DNA from: Patescibacteria group bacterium
Lineage (GTDB): Bacteria > Patescibacteriota > Patescibacteriia > Patescibacteriales > GWC2-42-12
Assembly (NCBI GenBank): GCA_041662965.1
Contig: JBAZRI010000002.1
Coordinates: forward strand, 46,062-110,061
Reading direction: 5' to 3'
DNA: 64,000 nt
Position 1 is the stretch's first letter; every line of letters starts with the position of its first letter. The translations under genes were made by a program, and so were the position numbers. The notes under the pieces were generated by a model that ran no database searches, had not been told where the DNA came from, and saw only the letters and a program-made list of their open reading frames with translations. Below are positions 1-10,067 of this stretch, in pieces.

Positions 1-1072
1 ATACGGCTGAAAGTTTCGGCAAATTAAGATTATAAAAATTTAAAGAATCTTGCGCTACCACTTGGTTTTTATTTTGCTCCGGCAAATAACTAATCCCTTC
101 AATCAAATTATTGTTCAAAGCCGAAATAATTTCTTGTAAATTGCCAAAAAGTTTAAAGCTGATGGTATTAATATAAGCTTTCGAGCCGTAATAACTTTCA
201 TTGCGGGCTAAAATATAAGTTCTGATATTGCCGGATTTATCTTTTACCAATGATTTAAATTTATATCTACCTGATCCAACCGGTTTTAAATTTAATTCAG
301 CCAAACTGGCTGAAATCGGTTCAATTTGCTGCCAAAGCTCTTGAGGCAGAATGCCAAAATTCAATAAATCCAAAAAGGCCGCGTAAGGCTCGGTTAAATT
401 AAATTTAATGGTTTTATCGTCAACTTTAGCAACTTCCACGCCGGTAAAAACCGTTCGCGAAGGAGACTTATACTTAATATTTTTTATAGCTTCAAAAGTA
501 AAGACTACGTCATCAACGGTTAAAGGGCTGCCATTATGCCAAACCGCGTCTGATCTAATTTTTATGGTGTAAATTTTACCGTCTTGGCTTACTTCATACG
601 CCTCGGCTAAATCATTAACCAGCTCGGCATTAACATTTCTTTTAAACAATGAAGAATAAACTAACTCGGCGATATCACTGTCAAGATCGCTTGAGCCTGA
701 ATACAAAGGATTAATATATTTTATTGAGCCGATAGCGCCTTCAATGTAATCACCGCCCGCGACCGGAACAATTCGCAAATGCGTTTTATAAAATCTGGCG
801 GCTAAAAATACCGAGCTAAAAATAATAATCACCAGACAAGCGCCGACTGCCAATCGCTCGACAGGACTTAAGTATTTTTTAATATACTTAAGCTGCTTAA
901 AACTAGGCCACCTTGATTTAGCCAGAGAAAAAACTAATTTTTTATCCAATTCCGCCTGCGCTTGGCCGCGTTGAAAAATATTTTTGAAACCTTTAACCAA
1001 GCCGCCAAAATTAAAAACAAAATTTTTAACTTTGCTAAAAAATTGGACTATTTTGTCTCTTAATGAGTTCAC
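1..1072 (-). CDS. ABC transporter peptide-binding protein (OppA/DppA-like), 3' end runs off window
   Basis: Manual translation from GTG at 1072 gives an open frame with a TM helix and family 5 SBP motifs (GGDYIEGAIGSIKYINPLY, LVNDLAEAYEVSQDGKIYTIKIR, WHNGSPLTVDDVVFTF, PVGSGRYKF). Not in the ORF track because it has no stop inside the window. Confidence 0.8.
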   Translation of the reverse strand, partial: MNSLRDKIVQFFSKVKNFVFNFGGLVKGFKNIFQRGQAQAELDKKLVFSLAKSRWPSFKQLKYIKKYLSPVERLAVGACLVIIIFSSVFLAARFYKTHLRIVPVAGGDYIEGAIGSIKYINPLYSGSSDLDSDIAELVYSSLFKRNVNAELVNDLAEAYEVSQDGKIYTIKIRSDAVWHNGSPLTVDDVVFTFEAIKNIKYKSPSRTVFTGVEVAKVDDKTIKFNLTEPYAAFLDLLNFGILPQELWQQIEPISASLAELNLKPVGSGRYKFKSLVKDKSGNIRTYILARNESYYGSKAYINTISFKLFGNLQEIISALNNNLIEGISYLPEQNKNQVVAQDSLNFYNLNLPKLSAV

Positions 1073-1179
1073 TTTAAATAATGTTTGGCCGCTGATTGGC
1101 TTAACCGCTTCCAGCCGGCGGAACTATTTATGAATTAAAAATAACCTCCTTGAGTATAATAGACTTGTTGTTTGATAAT

Positions 1180-1401
1180 TTAGCCCTTATACAATAAAAT
1201 AACGGCTAAAGAGACCGATAAAAATAAAACGGCTAAAATTATAGTTGCGATGAATAATTTTTTTTCTACGCCTCTTTTAGTGCGATAAATATTCCCTGAA
1301 CCGCCAAAAACACCAGACAATCCGGCCCCGCGATTCTGCGAAAGAATCGCCAGCATCAATAAAGCCGCTATGATAATTTGTACTATTTGTAAATTTCTCA
1401 T
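1180..1401 (-). CDS. secG: Preprotein translocase subunit SecG
   Basis: Two TM helices around QNRGAGLSGVFGG...RTKRGVEK. Confidence 0.9.
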   Translation of the reverse strand: MRNLQIVQIIIAALLMLAILSQNRGAGLSGVFGGSGNIYRTKRGVEKKLFIATIILAVLFLSVSLAVILLYKG

Positions 1402-1748
1402 TATTTTTTTATCTGTTCTAAAATTTTAGCCAAAGTATTTTTATGATTAACCGCTAAATCGGCTAAAATTTTTCTGTTTATTTCAATCTGATTAATTTTT
1501 AAAAGATGGATTAATTTTGAATACGACAAACCATGCTCTTTGGCGAAAGCGCTGATTTTTATCTGCCATAAGGCCCGATTATCCCGCTTTTTTAAGCGGC
1601 GATCAATATAAGAGCGAACCCCGGCCTTAACCACGGCTGTCGAGGCGGCGCGCATTAAATTCTTTCTGCCCCATTTATAGCCTTTGGCTTTTTTAAGTAA
1701 ATTCCTTCTTTTTTTAAGATGTGTTATTGCTCTCTTAACTCTTGGCAT
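1401..1748 (-). CDS. rplT: 50S ribosomal protein L20
   Basis: MPRVKR...AKGYKWGR...DRRLKKRDNRALW; in infC-rpmI-rplT order. Confidence 0.97.
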   Translation of the reverse strand: MPRVKRAITHLKKRRNLLKKAKGYKWGRKNLMRAASTAVVKAGVRSYIDRRLKKRDNRALWQIKISAFAKEHGLSYSKLIHLLKINQIEINRKILADLAVNHKNTLAKILEQIKK

Positions 1749-1944
1749 AATTGTATGGCATTAATTGTTTAATTACTCTGGCTTCGGTATGGGAAATGGA
1801 AATATCTCGGCGCTTATTTCTTTTAACCTTGCCTGACTCGCGCGCGTTAAAATGATCTTGACCGGCCTTCCTCTTTAAAATCTTTTCATTTTTAGTTACT
1901 TTAAACCGTTTAGCAGTAGCTTTGTGGGTTTTTATTTTCGGCAT
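1735..1944 (-). CDS. rpmI: 50S ribosomal protein L35
   Basis: MPKIKTHKATAKRFKVT motif. Confidence 0.97.
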   Translation of the reverse strand: MPKIKTHKATAKRFKVTKNEKILKRKAGQDHFNARESGKVKRNKRRDISISHTEARVIKQLMPYNYAKS

Positions 1945-2128
1945 ATTTAATTTAATATCAAATAAAATTTTATGGCCGTAGAGCTTTGCTCGCTATAAAA
2001 TTTTATTTGATACATTATATTTTTTGTTTATCCCCGTTAGGGGGAAAGTATTGAAAACTTTTTCTAAAAAAGTTTTCAAAGGCTTTTAAACAAAAAACAG
2101 GTGAAATACCTGATTTTCGTATTCTTGA

Positions 2129-2686
2129 TTATTGCTTATTTATCAATATTATATTAAACCTTCCTCCCTGTTTTGTCAAGCCCTGCTCTATTTCCATATT
2201 TAAACCGGGCGTGGATTTCAACTGCTGATAAAATTTTTTCATAGTTTCCTCGGCCTTTTCCGGATGCTGGCGTTCCCGCCCTTTTAAGATTAATTCCAGC
2301 TTTAATTTATCGCCTCTTTCTAGAAACTTCTTGGCTTGTTCAAACCTAAAATCAAAATCATGCTGACTGATTCTAACCGACAGCCTGATGCCTTTTATTT
2401 CCACCTTTTTCTGCTTAACTTTTTGTTTTTGCGCCTCTTTCTCTTTTTTGTATTTAAATTGCCCGTAATCCATGATTTTAACTACCGGCGGCTGTATTTT
2501 AGGATTAACTTCAACTACATCCATGCCAGCCTGTTCGGCCATGACTAAGGCCTTGCCGATTGGCATTTCGCCGATGCTCTCGCCGTTTTCATCAATTACA
2601 AAAACCACCGGCACGCGGATTTGCTGATTAACCCGGAATCTTTTTTCCTCAAAGTCTGGTTTTGGCCTGCGATATACTCGACGCAT
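2129..2686 (-). CDS. infC: Translation initiation factor IF-3
   Basis: NQQIRVP...PPVVKIMDYGQFKY...KGRE. Confidence 0.97.
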   Translation of the reverse strand: MRRVYRRPKPDFEEKRFRVNQQIRVPVVFVIDENGESIGEMPIGKALVMAEQAGMDVVEVNPKIQPPVVKIMDYGQFKYKKEKEAQKQKVKQKKVEIKGIRLSVRISQHDFDFRFEQAKKFLERGDKLKLELILKGRERQHPEKAEETMKKFYQQLKSTPGLNMEIEQGLTKQGGRFNIILINKQ

Positions 2687-2797
2687 TAGTAATTGATAAA
2701 CTTAATTATACGCCAATTATATTATAAAATTGGCGAGAAGTCAATTTTAATAAACAAAAAACAAGGCTTTTAGCCATGCTTTTTGCGGTAAAGTCTG

Positions 2798-2869
2798 AGC
2801 GGGTAACGGGAATCGAACCCGTATATTCAGATTGGCAACCTGACGTACTAACCATTGTACTATACCCGC
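2798..2869 (-). tRNA. tRNA-Gly(GCC)
   Basis: Cloverleaf GCGGGTA...TACCCGC-T; anticodon arm TCAGG-TTGCCAA-TCTGA; T loop GTTCGATTC. Confidence 0.95.
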
Positions 2870-2895
2870 CTACGCTTCGCTTCGGCGGGCAAGCC
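2865..2895 (-). repeat. tRNA-associated hairpin (family A), overlapping tRNA-Gly 5' end
   Basis: Minus strand GGCTTG-CCCGCC-GAAGC-GAA-GCGTA-GGCGGG; same architecture at 33515, 33807, 34089, 34135. Confidence 0.8.
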
Positions 2896-2948
2896 CGCTT
2901 GGCAAAACTATAAGCAAAACATAAATTGCAAATTGTAAAATTATTCTC

Positions 2949-3035
2949 TGGTGCCCGGGGCGGGAATCGAACCCGCACGGAGTTGCCTCCGAGAGATTTT
3001 AAGTCTCTTGCGTATACCAGTTTCGCCACCCGGGC
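2949..3035 (-). tRNA. tRNA-Leu(TAA)
   Basis: GCCCGGG...CCCGGGC-A-CCA, long variable arm, anticodon loop CTTAAAA. Confidence 0.95.
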
Positions 3036-3043
3036 GTTAGCAG

Positions 3044-3429
3044 TGGAGATGAGGGGAATTGAACCCCTGTCTAATAAATTTCTTAAAACATATTTACAGA
3101 TTAGATCGATTTGTTTTCTCGCTAACACCGTAAAAATCGAGCAAAATCGGCGCTAGCCAGCTTTAATTTTTTAAAATAACCGGCTAAAGCAACCGGCTAT
3201 TCGATCCTAAAATATAACACCCGTATCCGGCGCCTAGGCAGCGGCCGGGCGGATGGTTGCGGCTATTAAGCGGCAACAGTTGCAAAGGCCGGCATTTTCC
3301 AAGAAAATGTCGCTTTGCTGAATAAGTTTTTGACGCTTATTTTGTTTACAGGCGCGGTTTAAAGTGGCGCCCCTGATGAGCACTTCTGAATGTTTTAAGA
3401 AAATTTTATTATCGACGCCTGGCATCCCC
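3044..3429 (-). ncRNA. ssrA: tmRNA
   Basis: 5' GGGGATG pairs with 3' CATCTCC-A after T arm GGGGTTCAATTCCCC; tag frame 3334-3269 ends ...FATVAA followed by TAA TAG; directly downstream of smpB. Confidence 0.93.
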
Positions 3430-3443
3430 TCTTATTAAATTTT

Positions 3444-3917
3444 CTATCTTCTAAAACTTTGTTTTGTTAAGGTTCTAAGGCTTCTGTCAAGCTCGCGTTT
3501 TTTAATTACTTCGCGTTTATCAAACTTTTTTCTGCCTTTGCCGATCCCGAATTCAAGTTTAATAAAACTATGCTTAGTATATATTTTTATCGGCACCAAT
3601 GTCAAGCCTTGTTCGTCTTTTTTCCCTAATAAATAGGCGATTTCTTTCTTTTTTAAAAGCAACTTTCTCGACCTGGTCGGGTCATAATCAGGCCTGGCAC
3701 CGGCGAATTTATATAAAGGAATATGGGCGTTGATCAAATGAGCTTCGGGTAAATTTTTATTTTTGCTTTTTTTAAAAGTAACATAACCGCCCTTTAAGCT
3801 TACATGCCCGGTTTTAATGGACTTAACTTCATAGCCTAATAAGACCAAGCCGGCCTCATAAGTTTCTTGGATATCATAATCAAAATTGGCTCGTTTGTTA
3901 AAGGCTAGTACGGGCAT
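3444..3917 (-). CDS. smpB: SsrA-binding protein
   Basis: NKRANFDY...EAGLVLLGYEVKSIK...RKLLL...DKRE. Confidence 0.97.
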   Translation of the reverse strand: MPVLAFNKRANFDYDIQETYEAGLVLLGYEVKSIKTGHVSLKGGYVTFKKSKNKNLPEAHLINAHIPLYKFAGARPDYDPTRSRKLLLKKKEIAYLLGKKDEQGLTLVPIKIYTKHSFIKLEFGIGKGRKKFDKREVIKKRELDRSLRTLTKQSFRR

Positions 3918-3922
3918 AAATT

Positions 3923-5221
3923 TTAAATGTCATTTTGCTTGGCAATATTCCACTCTCTTAACTTCTCCACTACCTTTTTACCGGTCAAATTATTTTCTAC
4001 ATAATCATGATAAGCGTGGCTTTTAACCCGCTCAATTATGGTCTCATTGCCTTTATACTGCTTTAGAATATCGTCAATCGCTTTATGAATTTCTTCGTGG
4101 CTGACCGAAATTTTTTCCGCATTACCTATCTCTCTGATAACCAAAGATACCTTAACTCTTTTAACCGCGTCCGGCATTAATTCAAGCATTATCTGCTCGC
4201 GCGTTTTTTTTAAATGCATTAGATAATCTTCAAATTTCGCGCCCTGATTTTTAACGTTATATTCGAGCTCGGAAATCATAACCTCGGCTTCGTGCTTAAT
4301 CAGAGTCTCGGGAATATCGCCGAATTTTGAAGCGCCAATAATTTTATCGAGCATGGTAGCTTCGCTCTTCTGCTTTTCTTTCTGTTCTTTTTCCGCCAGC
4401 AGGCTTTTTTTAATATTATTTTTTAATTCTTCGACACTTTTTAGGCCAAAGCCTTTAGCCATGTCTTCGTTTACTTCCGGCAAAATCCGGTTATAAACTT
4501 CTTTAACAGTTACTTTAAATTCAGCCATTTTACCGGCTAAATTTTTATCATGATAATCGGCCGGATAAGGCAGGCTGAATTCTCTCGTGTCGCCTTTTTT
4601 CGCGCCAACTATTTTTTTATCAAAGCCGGGAATAATATAATTCTTACCGACAATTAAGCCGGCGCCTTTGCCCTGGCCGCCTTCAACCGGCACTTTATCT
4701 ATAAATATTCCGATATCCATAATCACCCGGTCGCCGTCCTTAATTTCTAATTCAGATATTACTTCGCTGGCGCGCATCTCGCGCAATTCGGAAATTAGCT
4801 TTTCCGCTTCTTCATCTTTTATTTCGGATTTAACCTCTTTAATCTTTAAATCTTTATAACTCCCGAGCTTAACTTCCGGCAGCATGGTTAAAACCATTTT
4901 ATATTCCATGGGATTGTCCGGCGCTAATTTAGTGATATTAACCTGCGGCTGGCCGACGATTTGGCCGGTAACGTTTTCTTTAATAACTTTATCCAAAGTT
5001 TTATCAATGGCGATGCGCGCGCCTTCTTCTAAAATCGTCATTTCGCCGATTTTATTTTTTAAAATTTCATAGGGCGCCTTGCCCGGGCGAAAGCCTTCAA
5101 TTTTCACATCAAGCGAAACTTTTTCCGCGCCGCGCAAAACATACGGCTTAAATTCTTCGGCCGTAAGTTCAACCGTCAATTCTATTTGCGATTTACCTAG
5201 GTCTTTTTTTCCTATTTTCAT
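3923..5221 (-). CDS. tig: Trigger factor
   Basis: GFRPGKAP ribosome-binding motif, FKBP domain (IPGFD...YPADYH..LAGK). Confidence 0.96.
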   Translation of the reverse strand: MKIGKKDLGKSQIELTVELTAEEFKPYVLRGAEKVSLDVKIEGFRPGKAPYEILKNKIGEMTILEEGARIAIDKTLDKVIKENVTGQIVGQPQVNITKLAPDNPMEYKMVLTMLPEVKLGSYKDLKIKEVKSEIKDEEAEKLISELREMRASEVISELEIKDGDRVIMDIGIFIDKVPVEGGQGKGAGLIVGKNYIIPGFDKKIVGAKKGDTREFSLPYPADYHDKNLAGKMAEFKVTVKEVYNRILPEVNEDMAKGFGLKSVEELKNNIKKSLLAEKEQKEKQKSEATMLDKIIGASKFGDIPETLIKHEAEVMISELEYNVKNQGAKFEDYLMHLKKTREQIMLELMPDAVKRVKVSLVIREIGNAEKISVSHEEIHKAIDDILKQYKGNETIIERVKSHAYHDYVENNLTGKKVVEKLREWNIAKQNDI

Positions 5222-5300
5222 ATTGACTAATTATTAAATTAATGATAAATATTATTATTGGCTTTTATGTTCATTTTATATCTAACAAGGGGAGGATATT

Positions 5301-5675
5301 ATGAAAAAACTAGGAGTAGAAATTGATGTAAATCAGTTAAAACATGGGCAGAAGGTAAAAATATACTTAACTGGCGTGAGAAAAGGTGAAACTATAGTAT
5401 ATCAAACTTTTAGCATTGAGGTAGCAAATCTCTTCCGTGATTTGTTGAATCATCTTAGAATTTCACAGATTCTTAATGATCGTTGTAAGCACAAAGCCGG
5501 TTATACTAAAGGAATTTGCTGCCATGAACACATTAGTCAAAATGGAGAATTGCGTAAACTTGAAGCACGTGCGGAAAAAATTCTTCCCGGAAAAATCGGC
5601 TTGCCGGTTCTTTGCCCTGACTGGTGGAAAAAATTAGGTTTTAAAATATCTACTTTTAACATTATTATTTCCTAA
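5301..5675 (+). CDS. Hypothetical protein (Cys/His cluster)
   Basis: 124-aa ORF with strong SD (GGGGAGG); no recognised family. Confidence 0.6.
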   Translation: MKKLGVEIDVNQLKHGQKVKIYLTGVRKGETIVYQTFSIEVANLFRDLLNHLRISQILNDRCKHKAGYTKGICCHEHISQNGELRKLEARAEKILPGKIGLPVLCPDWWKKLGFKISTFNIIIS

Positions 5676-5764
5676 CTTGCCCCACTATCAAGCTCTAAAT
5701 TATTTTATCATTAAGATAGAATAAGGCGGAGCTTCTTTTTTTATTATAAATAATAAAACTTTTC

Positions 5765-5911
5765 AAAATCACCCAGGGGGTTCGGGGAGTGGAGTTGGCG
5801 CCATTGCTTACAGTATGAAGATAAATCAACGTGATAGCCAATCGGAACTCCCCGAGACTTTTTGCTTACTTTTTAGTCATAAAAAGTAAGGCCTAGTGAA
5901 GCATCACGAAT
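5765..5911 (+). repeat. ~147-bp structured repeat family E, copy 1
   Basis: AAAATCACC...GATAAATCAACGTGATAGC...TTACTTTTTAGTCATAAAAAGTAA...CACGAA; also at 38919 (+) and 63297 (-). Confidence 0.85.
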
Positions 5912-5963
5912 GTAAAATTAAAAAAAGTATACGACAATATTTAGATGTTTTACTAAAGAACCA

Positions 5964-6037
5964 GAGATTGCTTCGCTCACTCTGTTCGCTCGCAATGACA
6001 ATACGAATTCTGGATTCCCGCTTTCGCGGGAATGACA
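5964..6037 (-). repeat. Two tandem GTCAT-tagged REP-like palindromes (family B)
   Basis: Reverse complements of TGTCATTCCCGCGAAAGCGGGAATCCAG and TGTCATTGCGAGCG...CGAAGCAATCTC. Confidence 0.85.
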
Positions 6038-6049
6038 AATTTTAGTTGT

Positions 6050-6166
6050 TCGGCTGGGGAAAATTGTTTTTATCGCGCATACGAAATTGTAGCGTTTTTG
6101 AAAAATTTAATTTTTCAAAAACGCACAAATTTCATCCAAGCAGGAAAAATAATTTTCCCCAGCCGA
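6050..6166 (+). repeat. Long palindromic repeat family D, copy 1
   Basis: Core GCGCATACGAAATTGTAG...CAAATTTC inside the inverted repeat TCGGCTGGGGAAAATT/AATTTTCCCCAGCCGA. Confidence 0.85.
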
Positions 6167-6178
6167 GCTTATTTCAAA

Positions 6179-8170
6179 TTATATTAACAACCCTACAATC
6201 AATAACGCCACAATATTCAATATCTTTATCATTGGGTTAATCGCCGGACCAGCCGTATCTTTATAAGGATCGCCGACCGTATCGCCGGTTACGGCCGCTT
6301 TATGCGCCTCCGAACCCTTGCCGCCGAAATTCCCGTCTTCAATATATTTTTTGGCATTATCCCAGGCCCCGCCGCCCGAAGTCATGGAAATGGCCATAAA
6401 AATTCCCGTAACGATTGAACCGACCAGCAAGCCGCCTAAAGCTTCAACGCCTAAAATAAACCCGACTAAAATCGGCGCGGCCACCGGAATTAAAGCTGGC
6501 ACAATCATCTCGCCAATCGCGGCCTTAGTAACGATATCAACAGTCCGGCCATAATCAGGCTTTTCCGTGCCTAACATAATGCCCGGCTTTTCTCTGAATT
6601 GATTGCGCACTTCTTCTACTACCGAGCCGGCCGCCCGGCCCACGGCTTGCATGGCTAAAGCGCCGAAATAATATGGCAATAATCCGCCTAAAAATAAACC
6701 GGCTAAAACTTTCGGGTCATTAATTAAAAATTGATAGGTATCCGGAATACTATGAGTGAAATCAGCGAATAATACTAAAGCGGCTAAAGCGGCCGAACCG
6801 ATAGCATAGCCTTTGGTTACGGCCTTAGTCGTATTGCCGACCGCGTCTAGAGGATCGGTTACCGCGCGTACGTCGTCGCCCATCTCGGCCATCTCGGCAA
6901 TACCGCCGGCGTTATCAGTAATCGGGCCGTAAGAATCAATAGTGACGATTATCCCGGCCATGGATAACATAGCCATAACCGCGATCGCCACGCCATAAAG
7001 CCCGGCTAAACTGTAAGCGCTTAAAATAGCGGCTACAAGCACTATCATGGGCAATACCGTTGATTTCATAGAGACGGCTAGACCGGCAATAATATTCGTG
7101 CCATGTCCGGTCTTAGAAGCTTCGGCGATTGATTTTACCGGCGCGTAGCTTTTTGAAGTATAATATTCGGTAATTACCACCATGGCCGCGGTTACCGCCA
7201 AACCGACCAGCGAGGCTAAATATAAACTCATAACGCTGTAAGTTCCGTTGTCCGCCATCAGCCAATTGGTTATGGGATAAAAGGCCAGACCGGCTAAAAC
7301 TCCAGCCACGATCAAGCCTTTATATAAAGCGTTCATGATATTCTGGCTTCTGCCTAATTTTATAAAAAAACTGCCGATGATTGAAGTGATAATGGAAACC
7401 GCGCCGATAACCAAAGGATAAAGCACCGCATTATCAAAACCGACGAATAAAAGCGACCCTAAAATCATAGTAGCGATGCAAGTTACGACATAAGTTTCAA
7501 ATAAATCAGCCGCCATGCCGGCGCAGTCGCCCACGTTATCGCCCACGTTGTCGGCGATAACCGCCGGATTGCGCGGATCATCTTCCGGAATGCCAGCTTC
7601 AACTTTTCCGACTAAATCAGCGCCCACGTCCGCGGCTTTGGTAAAAATTCCGCCGCCGAGCCGAGCAAAAATAGAAATTAAAGATCCGCCAAAACCCAAG
7701 CCGATTAAAGCATGAGTGTCTTTGGTTACAAAATAAAAACCGGCTGTGCCGAGTAAAGCCAAGCCGACGACTAGCATGCCAGTAACATTACCGCCTTGAA
7801 CCGCTACGTTTAAAGCTTTGGCTAAACCGCTTCTGGCCGCTTCAGCCGTTCTAACGTTGGCGCGCACGGAAATATTCATGCCGATATAGCCGGTTAAAGC
7901 CGATAAAAAAGCGCCGAGTAAAAAAGCTAAGGCCATGGTCCAGCCCAATTTAGGAATAAAACCGATAATTAAAAAAATAACAACCGCGACCGCCGCGATA
8001 GTTTTATATTGGCGGTTTAAATACGCCTTGGCTCCGTCCTGGATGGCTTTAGCGATAAACTGCATTTTCTCATTGCCAGCCGGCAAACGCAAAACCAATT
8101 TAATTAAAATGGCTCCGTAGATGATGGCGAGCAAAGAGCTGCCGAGGATTAACAAAGTAACTAATGACAT
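6179..8170 (-). CDS. hppA: Membrane-integral H+-translocating pyrophosphatase, K+-independent type
   Basis: [20 protein letters not shown] and [10 protein letters not shown] motifs; GNTTK (Lys) signature. Confidence 0.95.
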   Translation of the reverse strand: MSLVTLLILGSSLLAIIYGAILIKLVLRLPAGNEKMQFIAKAIQDGAKAYLNRQYKTIAAVAVVIFLIIGFIPKLGWTMALAFLLGAFLSALTGYIGMNISVRANVRTAEAARSGLAKALNVAVQGGNVTGMLVVGLALLGTAGFYFVTKDTHALIGLGFGGSLISIFARLGGGIFTKAADVGADLVGKVEAGIPEDDPRNPAVIADNVGDNVGDCAGMAADLFETYVVTCIATMILGSLLFVGFDNAVLYPLVIGAVSIITSIIGSFFIKLGRSQNIMNALYKGLIVAGVLAGLAFYPITNWLMADNGTYSVMSLYLASLVGLAVTAAMVVITEYYTSKSYAPVKSIAEASKTGHGTNIIAGLAVSMKSTVLPMIVLVAAILSAYSLAGLYGVAIAVMAMLSMAGIIVTIDSYGPITDNAGGIAEMAEMGDDVRAVTDPLDAVGNTTKAVTKGYAIGSAALAALVLFADFTHSIPDTYQFLINDPKVLAGLFLGGLLPYYFGALAMQAVGRAAGSVVEEVRNQFREKPGIMLGTEKPDYGRTVDIVTKAAIGEMIVPALIPVAAPILVGFILGVEALGGLLVGSIVTGIFMAISMTSGGGAWDNAKKYIEDGNFGGKGSEAHKAAVTGDTVGDPYKDTAGPAINPMIKILNIVALLIVGLLI

Positions 8171-8183
8171 AGAGTTTTCTTAT

Positions 8184-8280
8184 TGTCATTGCGAGGAGCT
8201 TTCAAGCGACGAAGCAATCTCACGCACGTGGCGCTTAACTTTAGATTGCTTCGCTCCACTATGTTGCGCTCGCAATGATA
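8184..8280. repeat. Inverted pair of GTCAT REP-like elements (REPIN-like)
   Basis: TGTCATTGCGAG...CGAAGCAATCT and AGATTGCTTCG...CTCGCAATGA. Confidence 0.85.
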
Positions 8281-8294
8281 TTATTATTGTTAAT

Positions 8295-9626
8295 TTATTT
8301 TTTTGATTTTTTAGTTTTTTTAACTTTCTTTTCAGCTTTTTCTTCCGGCTTCTCTTTCGCCACCGGTTTCTCAGTTTCAGCTTCAGCTGCTATTTCTACG
8401 GCCGCTTCCGATTGAACCGCATCTTCAACTTTTATCTCTTCAGCTTTAATCTTCTCGGCCTTTTCGCCGACAATGTCCAATTTACAGCCGGTTAAGCGAG
8501 CGGCCAGCCTAACGTTTTGTCCCTCCCGGCCAATAGCTAAAGACAGCTGGTCTTCGGCCACTTTAACCACGGCTTTCTTTTCATCTTGATTAATTTCCAC
8601 GCTTAAAATCTTAGCCGGAGCTAGGGCATGGCCGATAAATTTAGCCAAATCTTCATCATATTCAATAATATCAATTTTTTCTCCGCCTAACTCGCTGATA
8701 ATGGTTTGAATTCTTGAACCTCTTTGCCCGACGCAAGAACCGATTGGGTCAACGTTTTCGCTGGTGGCCGAAACCGCCACCTTAGAGCGGCTGCCGGCTT
8801 CGCGCGCCACGGCCTTTATCTCAACCAGCCCGTTAGAGACTTCCGGTATTTCCAAATAAAATACTTTTTTTAAAATTTCGTCCGAAGTGCGGGATAAAAG
8901 AATTTCCGGTCCCCTGGGCGTAATGCTTACTTGCTTGACATAAACTTTTATCCGATCGCCCGGACGGTATCTTTCGTTCATGATCTGCTCCTCCGCCGGT
9001 AAAACGCCGACGGCTTTATCTAAATCAACCAAAACGATTCTGCCTTCCCGCCTTTGCACCACTCCGGCCACGACTTCATGCTCTTTATTTTTAAATTCAG
9101 AAAAAATCATTTCGCGTTCAGCCTCTCTTAGTTTTTGAATAATTACTTGCTTGGCGGTCTGCGCGGCCATGCGGCCGTAATCGGCCGGAATTTCCAGCTT
9201 AGTTTTTATAACATCGCCGATTTTAGCGGTTTTTTTAATTTCCTTCGCGTCTTTGATCTGTAATTCAGTTTTAGGATTGAATTTTCTAACCTCTTCCTCG
9301 GGTATTTCCTGAATAACTTCCTCTGTTTTCACTTCCGCGTTTTCTTTATCAGTTTTTATTTTTGATTTTTGACTTTTAGGTTCCTCGTCCATTGCAGTTT
9401 CATCAACAACGATTTCTTCCGGCATATCTTCCACCACGGTTTTAACGTCATAAACTTTGGATTTGCCGGTTTCCGGATCAAATTCAACCTTAATATTCTG
9501 GTTCTTTTCGCCAAAATCCTTGCGATAAGCCGCGGCCAAAGCCGACTCAATCGTTTCCACGACCGCTTCGTAGCTCAAGTTCTTTTCTTCGCAAATTTGC
9601 TTCATGGCGTTGGTTATGTCTGACAT
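8295..9626 (-). CDS. nusA: Transcription termination factor NusA
   Basis: GRMAAQTAKQ, AREAGSRSKVAV, GSCVGQRGSRI, AIGREGQNVRLAA. Confidence 0.97.
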   Translation of the reverse strand: MSDITNAMKQICEEKNLSYEAVVETIESALAAAYRKDFGEKNQNIKVEFDPETGKSKVYDVKTVVEDMPEEIVVDETAMDEEPKSQKSKIKTDKENAEVKTEEVIQEIPEEEVRKFNPKTELQIKDAKEIKKTAKIGDVIKTKLEIPADYGRMAAQTAKQVIIQKLREAEREMIFSEFKNKEHEVVAGVVQRREGRIVLVDLDKAVGVLPAEEQIMNERYRPGDRIKVYVKQVSITPRGPEILLSRTSDEILKKVFYLEIPEVSNGLVEIKAVAREAGSRSKVAVSATSENVDPIGSCVGQRGSRIQTIISELGGEKIDIIEYDEDLAKFIGHALAPAKILSVEINQDEKKAVVKVAEDQLSLAIGREGQNVRLAARLTGCKLDIVGEKAEKIKAEEIKVEDAVQSEAAVEIAAEAETEKPVAKEKPEEKAEKKVKKTKKSKK

Positions 9627-9737
9627 AATATTTTATTTAAAAATTATAAGTAAAATAAAAGGCTAGTTTGAATTTAATCAACTAGCCTTAGTATCTATAT
9701 ACTAGCATTGCTCAACATAAAAGTCAACCAGCAAATT

Positions 9738-9770
9738 CACCCCCTTTATCAAAGGGGGTTAGGGGGATTT
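9738..9770 (+). repeat. CCCCTTT-AAAGGGG palindrome (family G)
   Basis: CACCCCTTTATCAAAGGGGGTTAGGGGGATTT; related copies at 36055 and 43709. Confidence 0.7.
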
Positions 9771-9775
9771 TATTA

Positions 9776-10048
9776 TTATTTATTTTCCCAATATGCTTCC
9801 GCCTCATCTTCCATGGTTTTAAGCCTGGTGTAATAATCCGCGAATTCATTCAAATGCGCCCAGGCGATTTTACCCGTGATAACTAAATCATCATCGGTCA
9901 CATTGGTAACAGGGTCTACCAAGCCATGTTCCAATTCAACATGCAAGCCCTGCTTAAATTGTTCTAGATCCACTTTATTCCAATCAATCCCGATTTCATC
10001 TCCGACCTTTTTAGCTTCTTCGGTTGTAAAAAATTTTTTGTTACTCAT
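9776..10048 (-). CDS. Conserved hypothetical protein (DUF5661-like)
   Basis: EQFKQGLHVELEHG...TGKIAWAHLNEFADYYTRL motif recognised from memory. Confidence 0.75.
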   Translation of the reverse strand: MSNKKFFTTEEAKKVGDEIGIDWNKVDLEQFKQGLHVELEHGLVDPVTNVTDDDLVITGKIAWAHLNEFADYYTRLKTMEDEAEAYWENK

Positions 10049-10067
10049 AATTTTTTATAATTTATTA

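Noticed and set aside
1955-2080. Hairpins between infC and rpmI as an L20 leader
   Set aside because: AT-rich inverted repeats are present, but I could not match them to a known L20 leader consensus.
2706-3425. ORFs 2706-3128, 2926-3156 and 3234-3425
   Set aside because: They overlap tRNA-Gly, tRNA-Leu and tmRNA; shadow frames.
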